This document shows, one piece after another, positions 18,325 to 28,263 of a stretch of DNA of 64,000 bases; within the stretch, counting starts at the first letter, position 1; every line of letters starts with the position of its first letter. The notes under the pieces were generated by a model. It ran no database searches, had not been told where the DNA came from, and worked only from the letters and a program-made list of their open reading frames with translations. The stretch lies in NCBI GenBank assembly GCA_030433255.1, contig JAUIMI010000001.1, forward strand, positions 23,378-87,377, read 5' to 3'. Source of the DNA: a bacterium (lineage in GTDB: Bacteria > Patescibacteriota > Minisyncoccia > Phycocordibacterales > UBA1006). A program made the position numbers and the translations under genes.

Positions 18325-20055
18325 ATGTACAATAAACCTATGACGATTTCAGAAAAAATCATAACAGCTATTCAATCAGCACTGTCTGAATTAGAGATTT
18401 CCTACAAGGGAACTATTACGATTGAACATCCACGTGAACTATCACATGGAGATTTTGCTACTAATATTGCAATGGTATTAGCAAAAACAGAAAATAAAAA
18501 TCCTCGAGAACTTGCCGAAGCTATTGCAAATAAAATTAGCACACCAGAAATATCATCAGTGGAGGTTGCTGGTCCAGGGTTTATTAATATTCAATTATCT
18601 AATGAATTTCTCTCAAATGAATTAAAGGTGATTTATGAAAAAGGAGATTTCTATGGGTGGAATAATTCACACATTGGTAAAAAAATCCTCGTAGAACATT
18701 CATCACCAAACTTGTTTAAACCATTTCACATTGGGCACATGATGAATAACACTGTTGGTGAATCAATGGCTCGTTTATGTAAAACATCAGGAGCAGAGGT
18801 ATCAGTTATTTCATATCCATCTGATGTTTCGCTTGGTATTGGAAAGGCAGTATGGCAATTACTACAATACGGTACTGACAAAATAGACGAGTTTGAAACG
18901 CTTGGTGAAAAAATGTCATTTCTGGGACGTTGTTATGCCGAGGGAACACAAGCATTCATTGACGATGAAAACATTGAACCACGTGTCCGAGAAATAACCC
19001 AAGATATCTACGAACATCGTGATACAAATGCCTATGATGCTTATAAAATTGGTCGTGATTTAAACCTTGAATATTTTATTCGTATGACAGCACGATTAGG
19101 TTCTTCATTCGATGGGTTTATTTTTGAATCAGAAGCTGGGGTAATAGGGAAACAACTTGTTCTCGACAATACACCATCAGTGTATACACAATCAGGTACT
19201 TCGTTTATTTTTGAACCTTCGGAAGAAGACCTTGAAACGAATAAATCATTACATACGCGAGTCTTTATTAACAAAGATGGTAATCCAACCTACGAAGCAA
19301 AAGACACTGGGTTACTACAATTAAAATTCGATAGGTACACACCTGATACTTCAATATTTGTAACTGATTCTGAACAAGGTCCATATTTTGAAGTAGTCAA
19401 AACTGCTGCAGGAAAAATAAACAAAGAGTGGCAGGAAAAAACAATTCACAAAACCCATGGACGCATGCAATTCAAGGGAGAAAAAATGTCATCACGGTTA
19501 GGAAACACACCAATCGTTTCTGATATTTTAGACGCGGTAAACGAAGAAGTGTATACGCGAGCAGGGGAACGAGAACTATCACAACAACAAGCTGACATGA
19601 TTTCTATTGCTGCGGTAAAATATGCTGTCTTGCGAACACAGGCTGGAAAAAATATTAATTTTGATCCAGAAACATCACTGTCGTTTGAAGGAGATTCTGG
19701 TCCATATTTGCAATATACCTATGCACGTTCACAATCAATGTTGCAAAAGGCAGAAACAGAGAATATCTCACTATCACATACACAACCACAGGAATGGGTA
19801 ACGACTGATATTGAACGATATTTATATCGATTCCCAAGTATTGTAGAAATAGCATTTACTGAATTGGCACCACATATGGTAGTAACCTATGTTACCGAGT
19901 TAGCACAGTTGTTTAATAGTTGGTATGGAAATACTAAAATTGTTGATGTAAATAACGAAACGAGTCCATATAAGCTAGCAATTACTGATGCTGTTGCTCA
20001 GGTGATAAAAAACGGTTTATGGATATTAGGAATTGAAGCACCAAAAGAAATGTAA
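18325..20055 (+). CDS. argS: Arginyl-tRNA synthetase
   Basis: Class I HIGH variant FKPFHIGHM. C-terminal anticodon-binding region. The start is at 18325 or 18340; the upstream ORF start is excluded by the terminator. Confidence 0.85.
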   Translation: MYNKPMTISEKIITAIQSALSELEISYKGTITIEHPRELSHGDFATNIAMVLAKTENKNPRELAEAIANKISTPEISSVEVAGPGFINIQLSNEFLSNELKVIYEKGDFYGWNNSHIGKKILVEHSSPNLFKPFHIGHMMNNTVGESMARLCKTSGAEVSVISYPSDVSLGIGKAVWQLLQYGTDKIDEFETLGEKMSFLGRCYAEGTQAFIDDENIEPRVREITQDIYEHRDTNAYDAYKIGRDLNLEYFIRMTARLGSSFDGFIFESEAGVIGKQLVLDNTPSVYTQSGTSFIFEPSEEDLETNKSLHTRVFINKDGNPTYEAKDTGLLQLKFDRYTPDTSIFVTDSEQGPYFEVVKTAAGKINKEWQEKTIHKTHGRMQFKGEKMSSRLGNTPIVSDILDAVNEEVYTRAGERELSQQQADMISIAAVKYAVLRTQAGKNINFDPETSLSFEGDSGPYLQYTYARSQSMLQKAETENISLSHTQPQEWVTTDIERYLYRFPSIVEIAFTELAPHMVVTYVTELAQLFNSWYGNTKIVDVNNETSPYKLAITDAVAQVIKNGLWILGIEAPKEM

Positions 20056-20077
20056 CAACCAGAGCGTTGTTTTTTTC
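20055..20077 (+). terminator. Terminator AACAAC-cagagc-GTTGTTTTTTT
   Basis: Short stem plus long T-run. Confidence 0.45.
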
Positions 20078-20133
20078 TTTACTTATTTTTTAAATTTGTT
20101 TTAATAAATAAAACTTAAAAATAATTATATAGT

Positions 20134-20694
20134 ATGACTAAAGAAATCACTATCGATAGCGACCTCCGTGATCAATTCATAGGTTTATTTTTCGCCCACT
20201 TACAAGGTTTTGGACTTGAACCAAATAGCGTAATGCTGAAATGTGTTCAAGATTCAGGTAATTTTGACCATATGATTAATCATTTACTAGAGGTTTCTGA
20301 TTTGAAATCGTTATGGTTACGTTTTGGTACTGAAAACCCAGATTTTGTTCAAGAAGGTGGCACATTACATTTTCCATATATATTAGGGAAAAGATTGAGT
20401 TCACTTGAACTTAAAGAAATATTAGAAACGAAAGGATTTTTTGAGCACAATGTCTATCCAAAAGATTACAATATTCAATCTATCGTTGAAAATCGTCGAA
20501 ACATGGAATTACAATCTGGTATTCATTTCCATGGAAGGTATTTATTTTTTCTTGATACTGATGATGGTATTTGTGTACATTCGTATTTTTTTGCTTTTGA
20601 TAAATGGAATCAGACACGAGAGTATCTTAATGACACCCATGGAGAATGGACGAATGGTTCAATACTTTTTTTACGCCAAACACTTACATTTTAA
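20134..20694 (+). CDS. Hypothetical protein
   Basis: 186-aa ORF followed by a terminator. Confidence 0.4.
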   Translation: MTKEITIDSDLRDQFIGLFFAHLQGFGLEPNSVMLKCVQDSGNFDHMINHLLEVSDLKSLWLRFGTENPDFVQEGGTLHFPYILGKRLSSLELKEILETKGFFEHNVYPKDYNIQSIVENRRNMELQSGIHFHGRYLFFLDTDDGICVHSYFFAFDKWNQTREYLNDTHGEWTNGSILFLRQTLTF

Positions 20695-20700
20695 TACGAT

Positions 20701-20730
20701 AAAACCACTGTTATCAAACAGTGGTTTTTC
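20701..20730 (+). terminator. Terminator AAAACCACTGTT-atcaa-ACAGTGGTTTTT
   Basis: Perfect stem plus T-run. Confidence 0.6.
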
Positions 20731-20747
20731 TTTGCTATAATAAGGGT

Positions 20748-22463
20748 ATGAAAAAATTGATTCAAGCTACCCTTATTATTTGTGCTGTTTTTATTTCGAG
20801 TAATAGTTTTGCTGCCGAGCAAATATCTGATTATTCAGTTGAGATTACTCTCAATCAAGATTCATCAATGGATGTGGTTGAAACTATTAACTACGATTTT
20901 GGAGGTTATCATCGTCATGGAATTTTTCGATTTATACCAGTTCATTTTGATGTTGATGGTCAGAAGAAATTATTTGGATTACTTACGCGTAAATTAACAT
21001 TTGATAATATCCAGGTACTACGTGATGGACAACCAGAGCCTTTTACAACAGAGAAAAAAGATTCTAATGGAAATTATTTTTTGAAAATTGGAAACGCAAA
21101 TGAGACTATTACTGGGTTACACACCTATACTATTTCATACCGCGTTCATGGTTCTCTTCGTTATTTTGAAAATTATGACGAGATATATTGGAATGCTATT
21201 GGTTTAGATTGGCAGGTTCCTATTGAAAGAGCAGACATAACAATTACTTCTGATGCGGTACGTTTTAATGAATCTTCATGTTACGTAGGAGCATTAGAGT
21301 CAAATAAGCCTTGTAGTTTCTCTCAATTTGATGGAAATCAATCATTGGTATTTTCACATCAAAATTTACAAGCATACGAAGGTCTAACCGTAGCAGCTTC
21401 GTTTGATAAAGGTCTCGTAGAGAAAAAGGAATTAGTTGGATTATCTTTATTCGGTATTTTGGGTTCAATCGCAACATCGTTGGTTGCATTGGGTGGTTTT
21501 ATTCATTTGATGATTCGTAAGTATCAACGAAAATATTTTGTTCATGATCCGATTCATGCACGATATTCACCACCAGAGAATTTACATCCACTATTGGTAG
21601 GAAAAATGGTTGATAAGACAATCCACCCACGAGATATTTCTGCAGGTATTATTCAGCTTGCTATAGATGGGTATATTACTATTGAAAAAACAGAAAAAAA
21701 AGGATTCCTTGGTTCTTCTGATGATTATATTTTTACTTTGAAAAAAGAGACAGCAGAGAATGATGCTGGTATTAATACTATTCTCAAGGATATTTTGTTT
21801 GGTGATATTTTTAAATTAAACCCAACTGAGATTAGGGAAAAGAAAATGAGTGATATTTCTCCTAATTTTATTTCTGTATATATTCGAAAACTACGAAATC
21901 AGGTAAATACTTTTTTGTTTGATAATGATTACCTTGAAAAAAGAGGAATGTCTGGAAATTGGATTATTCTCATACCGTTTTTATTTGCCTTTGGTTTCTT
22001 TGCGGTACAGATGGTTATTCCTGGAATAGTTTCGTTTTTTGCTACCTTCTTTGTGGGAATATTTATGGGTATGATTGATAGTCGCTATACACAGAAAGGA
22101 TGGAGAACAAAGCATGCCATAGAAGGGTTTAAACGTTTTCTCGAGATGACTGAAAAAGAACGATATACATTTCACAATGCTCCTGAAAAAAACCCTCAAG
22201 AATTTATGCACTATTTACCATACGCAATAGCGCTTGGTGTTGAGAAACAATGGGCAGAACAATTTAAAAACATAACCATTGAGCAACCAGATTGGTACAA
22301 AGGGGATTCTCTCTTTGTTGCGTCACATTTTGTAGATGATATGTCTGCGTTTACTCAATCGGTTTCTTCTAAATCAGCTACCCGTAGCTCAAGTAGTTCT
22401 GGTTCATCAGGTGGTGGATTCTCTGGAGGAGGTTCCGGAGGAGGAGGTGGCGGAAGCTGGTAA
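20748..22463 (+). CDS. DUF2207-like membrane protein (signal peptide, extracytoplasmic N-domain, TM helices, C-terminal Gly/Ser-rich tail)
   Basis: Architecture and the terminal SSSSGSSGGGFSGGGSGGGGGGSW are typical of DUF2207. Confidence 0.5.
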   Translation: MKKLIQATLIICAVFISSNSFAAEQISDYSVEITLNQDSSMDVVETINYDFGGYHRHGIFRFIPVHFDVDGQKKLFGLLTRKLTFDNIQVLRDGQPEPFTTEKKDSNGNYFLKIGNANETITGLHTYTISYRVHGSLRYFENYDEIYWNAIGLDWQVPIERADITITSDAVRFNESSCYVGALESNKPCSFSQFDGNQSLVFSHQNLQAYEGLTVAASFDKGLVEKKELVGLSLFGILGSIATSLVALGGFIHLMIRKYQRKYFVHDPIHARYSPPENLHPLLVGKMVDKTIHPRDISAGIIQLAIDGYITIEKTEKKGFLGSSDDYIFTLKKETAENDAGINTILKDILFGDIFKLNPTEIREKKMSDISPNFISVYIRKLRNQVNTFLFDNDYLEKRGMSGNWIILIPFLFAFGFFAVQMVIPGIVSFFATFFVGIFMGMIDSRYTQKGWRTKHAIEGFKRFLEMTEKERYTFHNAPEKNPQEFMHYLPYAIALGVEKQWAEQFKNITIEQPDWYKGDSLFVASHFVDDMSAFTQSVSSKSATRSSSSSGSSGGGFSGGGSGGGGGGSW

Positions 22464-22501
22464 GACAATCTGAAAAGGTTGTTTTTTGTTATAATGTTTT
22501 T

Positions 22502-23344
22502 ATGTTAAAGCTTGAACATGTTTTCCCTAATATAGATTTTTTTTATTTTGAATACCTTATTGCTGTTACTTTCTTTTGTATATTTCTAATTTTAGCTTTT
22601 AAATTAAAAAGGTTTAAAGAAAAAGGTTTTGCCGAAACAGTCGACTATGTAGAATACCAGCCTCCAAAAGATTTATACGCTTATGAAATAGGGTATCTAG
22701 TTGATGGAGTTTTCCAAAAATATGACATTGGTGCAGCAGCAATTTCTTTTTACAAAAAAGGAATTCTTACCATAAAACCGTCACAGGCATTTTCACCTTA
22801 TAATAATTATTTTGAACTTAATATGGAGCATGGAATAGATAATGACCATGAAATTTTTTATATCTTATCTAATAATTTATTTAACAACACTCATTATGTA
22901 AGAATGAACATTACACCAAAAAGCATGAAGAGACGACAAAAAAGAATTGAAAATCACTTATTTGATTTAGGTTATTTGCAAAAAGATTTTCTTTTCAAAA
23001 AAACTTTCACCATAATTCTTTTTTCTTTCTTATTTATTTTTTATCTTTATTTCGTAATTAAAAACCCACTTTCCTTTGATACAGAATTATTATTTAAAAC
23101 ATCATATTTTATGATTCCTGTTTTTTCTGTTTTGTTTTATAAACATAAAACCTTTAATAATAAGGGTATTAAGGTTAGAAGAGAGCTTCGTGGGTATAAA
23201 GAATATTTAAAAAAAGTGGAAAAACCTCGAGTAGAAAGATTGTTAAATGAATTTAAAACTCCACAAGAAAAGATACAAAAAATTCCTCATTTAGAATATT
23301 TTGTCGCATTTGGTTTAATTTCTCTAGAAGATATTTTGAATTAA
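22502..23344 (+). CDS. Hypothetical membrane protein
   Basis: ORF with TM helices immediately downstream of the DUF2207 gene. Confidence 0.4.
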   Translation: MLKLEHVFPNIDFFYFEYLIAVTFFCIFLILAFKLKRFKEKGFAETVDYVEYQPPKDLYAYEIGYLVDGVFQKYDIGAAAISFYKKGILTIKPSQAFSPYNNYFELNMEHGIDNDHEIFYILSNNLFNNTHYVRMNITPKSMKRRQKRIENHLFDLGYLQKDFLFKKTFTIILFSFLFIFYLYFVIKNPLSFDTELLFKTSYFMIPVFSVLFYKHKTFNNKGIKVRRELRGYKEYLKKVEKPRVERLLNEFKTPQEKIQKIPHLEYFVAFGLISLEDILN

Positions 23345-23468
23345 ATTTTATTTACACAAAAACAAATCCTGATACGATAGAGGTATGCATATAAACGCAA
23401 TTATTATTACTATTATTGAAACAACCGCATAGTATTCGGGTTTCTTTTAATAATTAATAGTAATTGTT

Positions 23469-23500
23469 GGAGCGCCCATAGTATGGGCGCTCCTTTTGTT
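23469..23500 (+). terminator. GC-rich hairpin GGAGCGCCCATA/TATGGGCGCTCC plus TTTTGTTT, 35 bp upstream of ileS
   Basis: 12-bp perfect stem. Could be a terminator of the upstream unit or an attenuator. Confidence 0.5.
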
Positions 23501-23533
23501 TAGTATGGTAAAATACATAGCATATTTAACATT

Positions 23534-26500
23534 ATGAATACAGAAAAAAACAACACGTCGAAAAAATCAAAAACAGCTCAATCAGAGGAATCTATTCTTT
23601 CTTTTTGGCAGGAACATAATATTTTTGAAAAATCTTTAGACAATAAAACTAAAGGTGATTTTGTCTTTTACGATGGACCTCCTTTTGCAACTGGGTTACC
23701 ACACTATGGACACCTCCTTGCAGGAACGATTAAAGACATTATTCCACGATATAAAACCATGCAGGGATACCGCGTGCCACGAAAATGGGGATGGGACTGT
23801 CACGGATTACCAATTGAAAACCTGATTGAAAAAGAACTCGGGCTTGAAACCAAAAAAGATATCGAAGAGTACGGTATCGAAAAATTCAATGAAGCTGCAC
23901 GAAACTCAGTGTTACGTTATGAATCAGAGTGGAAAAAATATGTTCCACGTTCTGGACGTTTTGTTGATATGGATAATGCATACATGGCAATGGATCCATC
24001 GTACATGGAATCTATTTGGTGGGTATTTTCACAGTTGTATAAAAAAGACCTCACCAAAGAAGGATTCAAGGCAATGCATTTATGTCCTCGGTGTGAAACG
24101 ACTCTTGCAAATTTTGAGGTTAACCAAGGGTACAAAGATGTTACTGATATTTCAGTAACAGCAAAATTCGAATTAAAAGATGAACCTGGAACATACGTTT
24201 TGGCATGGACGACGACTCCGTGGACTCTGCCGGGGAACGTTGCCTTAGCGGTTGGTGCTGATATTGAATATGTAAAAATTCAAGATATGGGAGAAATAAC
24301 AACTAACACACCTCCATCTGGTGAATATAACTCTCCAAGTCTTGATTTTTACTATGTTTCCAAAGAGATTTTTTTAAAAAATTCTTCTGATGATTTAAAT
24401 GATGGTTTTTATTCTTGGAAAGAAAAACCGAATAATACTTTTAAAATAATTGAAGAAATTAAAGGTTCTGAATTAGTTGGTAAATCATACGTCGCACCTT
24501 TTGATTACTATCAAAATGACCCAGAAGTTGAAAATAGTGAAAATGGATGGAAAATTCTCGCAGCAGATTTCGTAACCACCGAAGATGGAACGGGAATCGT
24601 ACACATTGCACCAGCGTTTGGTACTGATGATATGCAGTTAGGGCAAGATAATGCACTACCATTTATTCAACATGTAGCTAAATCAGGAGCTTTTAAACAT
24701 GTGTTTGCTGAAACCATTGATGGCGGTGATTTTGCGGGCATGTTGGTAAAACAAAAAAACGATCTCATGTCGACTGACATCGAAATCATTAAACGACTCG
24801 CACACGATGGGAAACTCTTTTCAAAGAAAAAATTAGTTCACAGCTATCCACACTGTTGGCGTTGTGATACTCCACTGTTAAATTATGCGACATCATCATG
24901 GTATGTTGATGTACCTAAAATTAAAGACCAATTAATTGAATCAAATAACAAGGTACATTGGGTCCCACAGCACGTTGGGCAAGGGCGTTTTGGAAAATGG
25001 CTTGATGGTGCACGTGATTGGGCGCTTTCTCGTTCTCGATTTTGGGGAACACCACTCCCTATTTGGCAATCACAAGACGGAGAAGAAACCTTTGTTGCTG
25101 GTTCATTCGAAGAATTACTTTCTCGTATTCAAACATCTGGAAATACCTATATTGGATTACGTCACGGTGAATCAGAATCAAACGTAAAAGGAATTATTAA
25201 TGCCCAATTAGGAATTCATAACCCTCTTACTGAAAAAGGACGTCAACAGGTTACAGATGCGCTTTCAGAAATTCCAACAGATATTGATTATATTTTTGTT
25301 TCTCCAATGCAGAGAACACAAGAAACAGCAGATATTATTAAAAACCACTTAAAATTGTCAGATGATGCTGTGATTACTGATGAGCGCATCACAGAAACAA
25401 ATCTTGGTTCACAGTGGGAAGGTAAATTATGGGAAGATGCACACAACCGAGAGTACTTTGCCAGCAATGCAGATTTCATTGATTTAAAATTAGATGAAGA
25501 TGCAGAATCTATTAATGATGTATATAAACGCTCAATGAGTTTTCTCTTTGAATTAGAAGAAAAGTATCACAATAAAAAAATATTAATCATTTCTCATGGT
25601 GGTATTTTACGAGCTATGGAATTTGCTAATTATCGATATGGACGACCGAATATGGCTCATGCATTTTGGGATGAGTATCGATTACCAAAAAATGCACATC
25701 CGTTACTCTTTAATTTTAAACCGTTTCCGCATAATGAGGATTTCGTTATTGATATACATAAACCATATATTGATAATGTTACCGTTGTTTCTGAATCAGG
25801 CGAAAAACTCAGAAGAGTTCCAGATGTATTTGATGTATGGTTTGATTCCGCATCAATGCCGTATGCACAACAACACTATCCATTTGAAAACAAAGAATCA
25901 TTTGAATCCGCCTTTCCTGCACAGTTTATTGCAGAAGGGTTAGATCAAACACGTGGATGGTTTTATGTTATGACCGTAATTGGTAATGCTCTCTTTGATA
26001 AAACTCCTTTTGAAAATGTAATTGTGAATGGATTAATTTTGGCAGAAGATGGTAAAAAAATGTCAAAATCACTCAAAAATTATCCTGACCCATATGATAT
26101 GTTCGATTCGGTTGGGGCAGATGCAATTCGGTTGTACATGATTAACTCACCTGTGGTGCGTGCCGAAGAATTTGCTTTTTCGGAAAAAGGTGTACGTGAA
26201 GTTTCATCAAAGGTAATGGGGCGCTTACGAAATATCGTCTCACTCTATGAGATGTATAAAAATGAAGTTGAACACGATACGATTTCAGATTCAAAAAACA
26301 TTCTTGATGAATGGATTGTGGCTCGACTGACTGAATTAGAAAACGAGGTACGGAAAGGGCTCGAAAGTTACGAACTTGACCGAGCAGCACGACCAATTTT
26401 TGATTTTGTTGATGATTTCTCAACATGGTACATTCGTCGTTCACGTGATCGATTCAAAGGTGATGACAATGAAGATAAGATATTAGCATTAGGTACAACA

Positions 26501-27109
26501 CGCTACGTGTTAATAGAAACAGCAAAAATTATTGCACCATTTACTCCGTTTGTTGCTGAAGAGATTTGGCAGACACTAAAAAATGATGAAATGGAAGAAT
26601 CAGTACATTTAGCACAGTGGACTGAAATGGATATTCATAACACTCAAGGTATTGAAACCATGAAGAATATACGTGAACTTATCACCCAAGGTTTGCAGTT
26701 ACGTAGTGACGCTGGAATTAAAGTTCGGCAACCATTACAATCGTTTACTTGTGATCTAAATAACATAGAAAGAGATTACTCTGAACTGATTGCTGATGAA
26801 CTAAACGTAAAAGACGTCCTCGATGGTGAATTACGTTTAGACACAACAATTACCCCTGAACTTCAAGCTGAAGGAAATATGCGTGAATTATTGCGTCAGA
26901 TTCAGTCTTTGCGAAAAAGCGCAGGGCTAGAGCCACATGATGTTATCAATTTACACATTCAAACGAGCAGAGAAGGGCAGGTGTTAATGGAAACCTTTAG
27001 TGATGAAATTAAATCAACCGCTGGAATTAATGAATTTAATTTTACCCATAATGATGGTGATGAAATTACTGTTGAAGATTTAGTATTTATTATTGCTATT
27101 GAGAAATAA
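23534..27109 (+). CDS. ileS: Isoleucyl-tRNA synthetase with an inserted histidine-phosphatase domain
   Basis: HYGH, WTTTPWTLPGN, WRCDTP, RVPDVFDVWFDS, KMSKS. The 1191-aa length exceeds typical IleRS because of an insertion at ~aa 537-730. Confidence 0.9.
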   Translation: MNTEKNNTSKKSKTAQSEESILSFWQEHNIFEKSLDNKTKGDFVFYDGPPFATGLPHYGHLLAGTIKDIIPRYKTMQGYRVPRKWGWDCHGLPIENLIEKELGLETKKDIEEYGIEKFNEAARNSVLRYESEWKKYVPRSGRFVDMDNAYMAMDPSYMESIWWVFSQLYKKDLTKEGFKAMHLCPRCETTLANFEVNQGYKDVTDISVTAKFELKDEPGTYVLAWTTTPWTLPGNVALAVGADIEYVKIQDMGEITTNTPPSGEYNSPSLDFYYVSKEIFLKNSSDDLNDGFYSWKEKPNNTFKIIEEIKGSELVGKSYVAPFDYYQNDPEVENSENGWKILAADFVTTEDGTGIVHIAPAFGTDDMQLGQDNALPFIQHVAKSGAFKHVFAETIDGGDFAGMLVKQKNDLMSTDIEIIKRLAHDGKLFSKKKLVHSYPHCWRCDTPLLNYATSSWYVDVPKIKDQLIESNNKVHWVPQHVGQGRFGKWLDGARDWALSRSRFWGTPLPIWQSQDGEETFVAGSFEELLSRIQTSGNTYIGLRHGESESNVKGIINAQLGIHNPLTEKGRQQVTDALSEIPTDIDYIFVSPMQRTQETADIIKNHLKLSDDAVITDERITETNLGSQWEGKLWEDAHNREYFASNADFIDLKLDEDAESINDVYKRSMSFLFELEEKYHNKKILIISHGGILRAMEFANYRYGRPNMAHAFWDEYRLPKNAHPLLFNFKPFPHNEDFVIDIHKPYIDNVTVVSESGEKLRRVPDVFDVWFDSASMPYAQQHYPFENKESFESAFPAQFIAEGLDQTRGWFYVMTVIGNALFDKTPFENVIVNGLILAEDGKKMSKSLKNYPDPYDMFDSVGADAIRLYMINSPVVRAEEFAFSEKGVREVSSKVMGRLRNIVSLYEMYKNEVEHDTISDSKNILDEWIVARLTELENEVRKGLESYELDRAARPIFDFVDDFSTWYIRRSRDRFKGDDNEDKILALGTTRYVLIETAKIIAPFTPFVAEEIWQTLKNDEMEESVHLAQWTEMDIHNTQGIETMKNIRELITQGLQLRSDAGIKVRQPLQSFTCDLNNIERDYSELIADELNVKDVLDGELRLDTTITPELQAEGNMRELLRQIQSLRKSAGLEPHDVINLHIQTSREGQVLMETFSDEIKSTAGINEFNFTHNDGDEITVEDLVFIIAIEK
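25142..25723 (+). other. In-frame histidine phosphatase (phosphoglycerate-mutase-like) domain inserted within ileS
   Basis: YIGLRHGESESN (RHG catalytic motif) ... ILIISHGGILRA (second catalytic His), between the IleRS LSRSRFWGTPLPIW and DIHKPYID segments. Confidence 0.65.
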
Positions 27110-27141
27110 AAAAAACGATTCAAAGATGAATCGTTTTTTGT
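27110..27141 (+). terminator. Terminator AACGATTCA-aaga-TGAATCGTTTTTTGTTTTT
   Basis: Stem plus T-run after the ileS stop. Confidence 0.6.
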
Positions 27142-27157
27142 TTTTCATTTTTAACTG

Positions 27158-27523
27158 TTAGGCATAGGTTAGTTTAGAAATACCTTCTGTAAATTGAGAT
27201 AAATCATATTTTTTGATTTTCCCACATTGTTGCTTGGTCTTCATTAGTTTACCTGTTGTTTTACCTTTTTTACAACGAAAGCCGTTTTGTACTACTGTCG
27301 TGCGACTTAAATCAATACCGCCTTGTGCATTAATTTTTTGAATCAACCCATCAGAGCCATGTAATTCTTTTGCCTTATAGAAAGACACTTCTTTTACTAC
27401 GGTTTTTGTTTTTTTATCAATTTCAACAAGAGAAGCTCTGTACTCTTGGCTCCCTTTTGCCATCTGGCAAACAAGTAATTCACGAACATTTTCCGGTTTT
27501 CTTTCAGTTGCTTTTACATGCAT
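27158..27523 (-). CDS. Hypothetical basic protein
   Basis: 121-aa ORF, K-rich, no recognised motif. Confidence 0.35.
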   Translation of the reverse strand: MHVKATERKPENVRELLVCQMAKGSQEYRASLVEIDKKTKTVVKEVSFYKAKELHGSDGLIQKINAQGGIDLSRTTVVQNGFRCKKGKTTGKLMKTKQQCGKIKKYDLSQFTEGISKLTYA

Positions 27524-27642
27524 AATCTATTTGGTTTTTAATTTAACTTATTTCTTTTTAAAATAACACACATTCGTTTAAATGCAAATATTAATGAAAC
27601 AAGATGCTTGTTACTTGCCATTTCAAAACGTATACTTTATCT

Positions 27643-28221
27643 ATGTCGCACGCAATATATCAAACTCCCGCAATAATTCTTAAGACAAAAAATATGCGTG
27701 AATCTAATAAACTCGTTCTGTTGTATACAGAACGATTTGGTTTAATATATGGAACCTTACAATCTATTAGAGAGCTAAAGTCTAAAATGAAATTCCACAC
27801 TCAAACGCTCTCTTTGGTTGATGTTGATATTATTCAGGGTCGAGATATTTGGCGTATCGTCGGTATACACGAAAGAGAGCCATCTCTTGGTTTTGTTGAG
27901 ACATCTTTTTACCCTTTTATGAATAACATTGCTGATTTACTCTTGCGAATGCTTCAGGGAGAAGAATCACATACAGAAATATGGGATGACCTACTTTTTC
28001 TCTATACGACAGCAAAAGATACGTTAACTGAGAGTGATTATCAGGCTCTAGAAATTATTGTTGTAGTTCGTTTGTTGTATTATTTGGGATATTGGAATGG
28101 TGATACCGAATGCATAGAGCCTAAAAATTTTTTAACTACTGAGTTATTTAATACCGTTTTGAATAATAGAAAAAAATACATACAGAGTATTAATCAGGGA
28201 ATTAAAGATTCTCAGTTATAG
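27643..28221 (+). CDS. recO: RecO-like recombination protein (short form)
   Basis: The N-terminus AIILKTKNMRESNKLVLLYTERFGL resembles the RecO OB-fold start. Weak. Confidence 0.4.
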   Translation: MSHAIYQTPAIILKTKNMRESNKLVLLYTERFGLIYGTLQSIRELKSKMKFHTQTLSLVDVDIIQGRDIWRIVGIHEREPSLGFVETSFYPFMNNIADLLLRMLQGEESHTEIWDDLLFLYTTAKDTLTESDYQALEIIVVVRLLYYLGYWNGDTECIEPKNFLTTELFNTVLNNRKKYIQSINQGIKDSQL

Positions 28222-28263
28222 TATTGGCTTTTACTCATTTTCTTGTTGAAGTATACTATAAGT

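Noticed and set aside
23350-23533. T-box riboswitch leader upstream of ileS
   Set aside because: No T-box conserved sequence (AATTAGGGTGGNACCGCG-like) visible; only a simple GC hairpin.
25142-25723. Insertion in ileS as an intein
   Set aside because: No Cys/Ser/Thr at the N-terminal splice junction and no terminal HN followed by Cys/Ser/Thr. The segment has histidine-phosphatase motifs (RHG, SHG) instead of Hint/endonuclease blocks.
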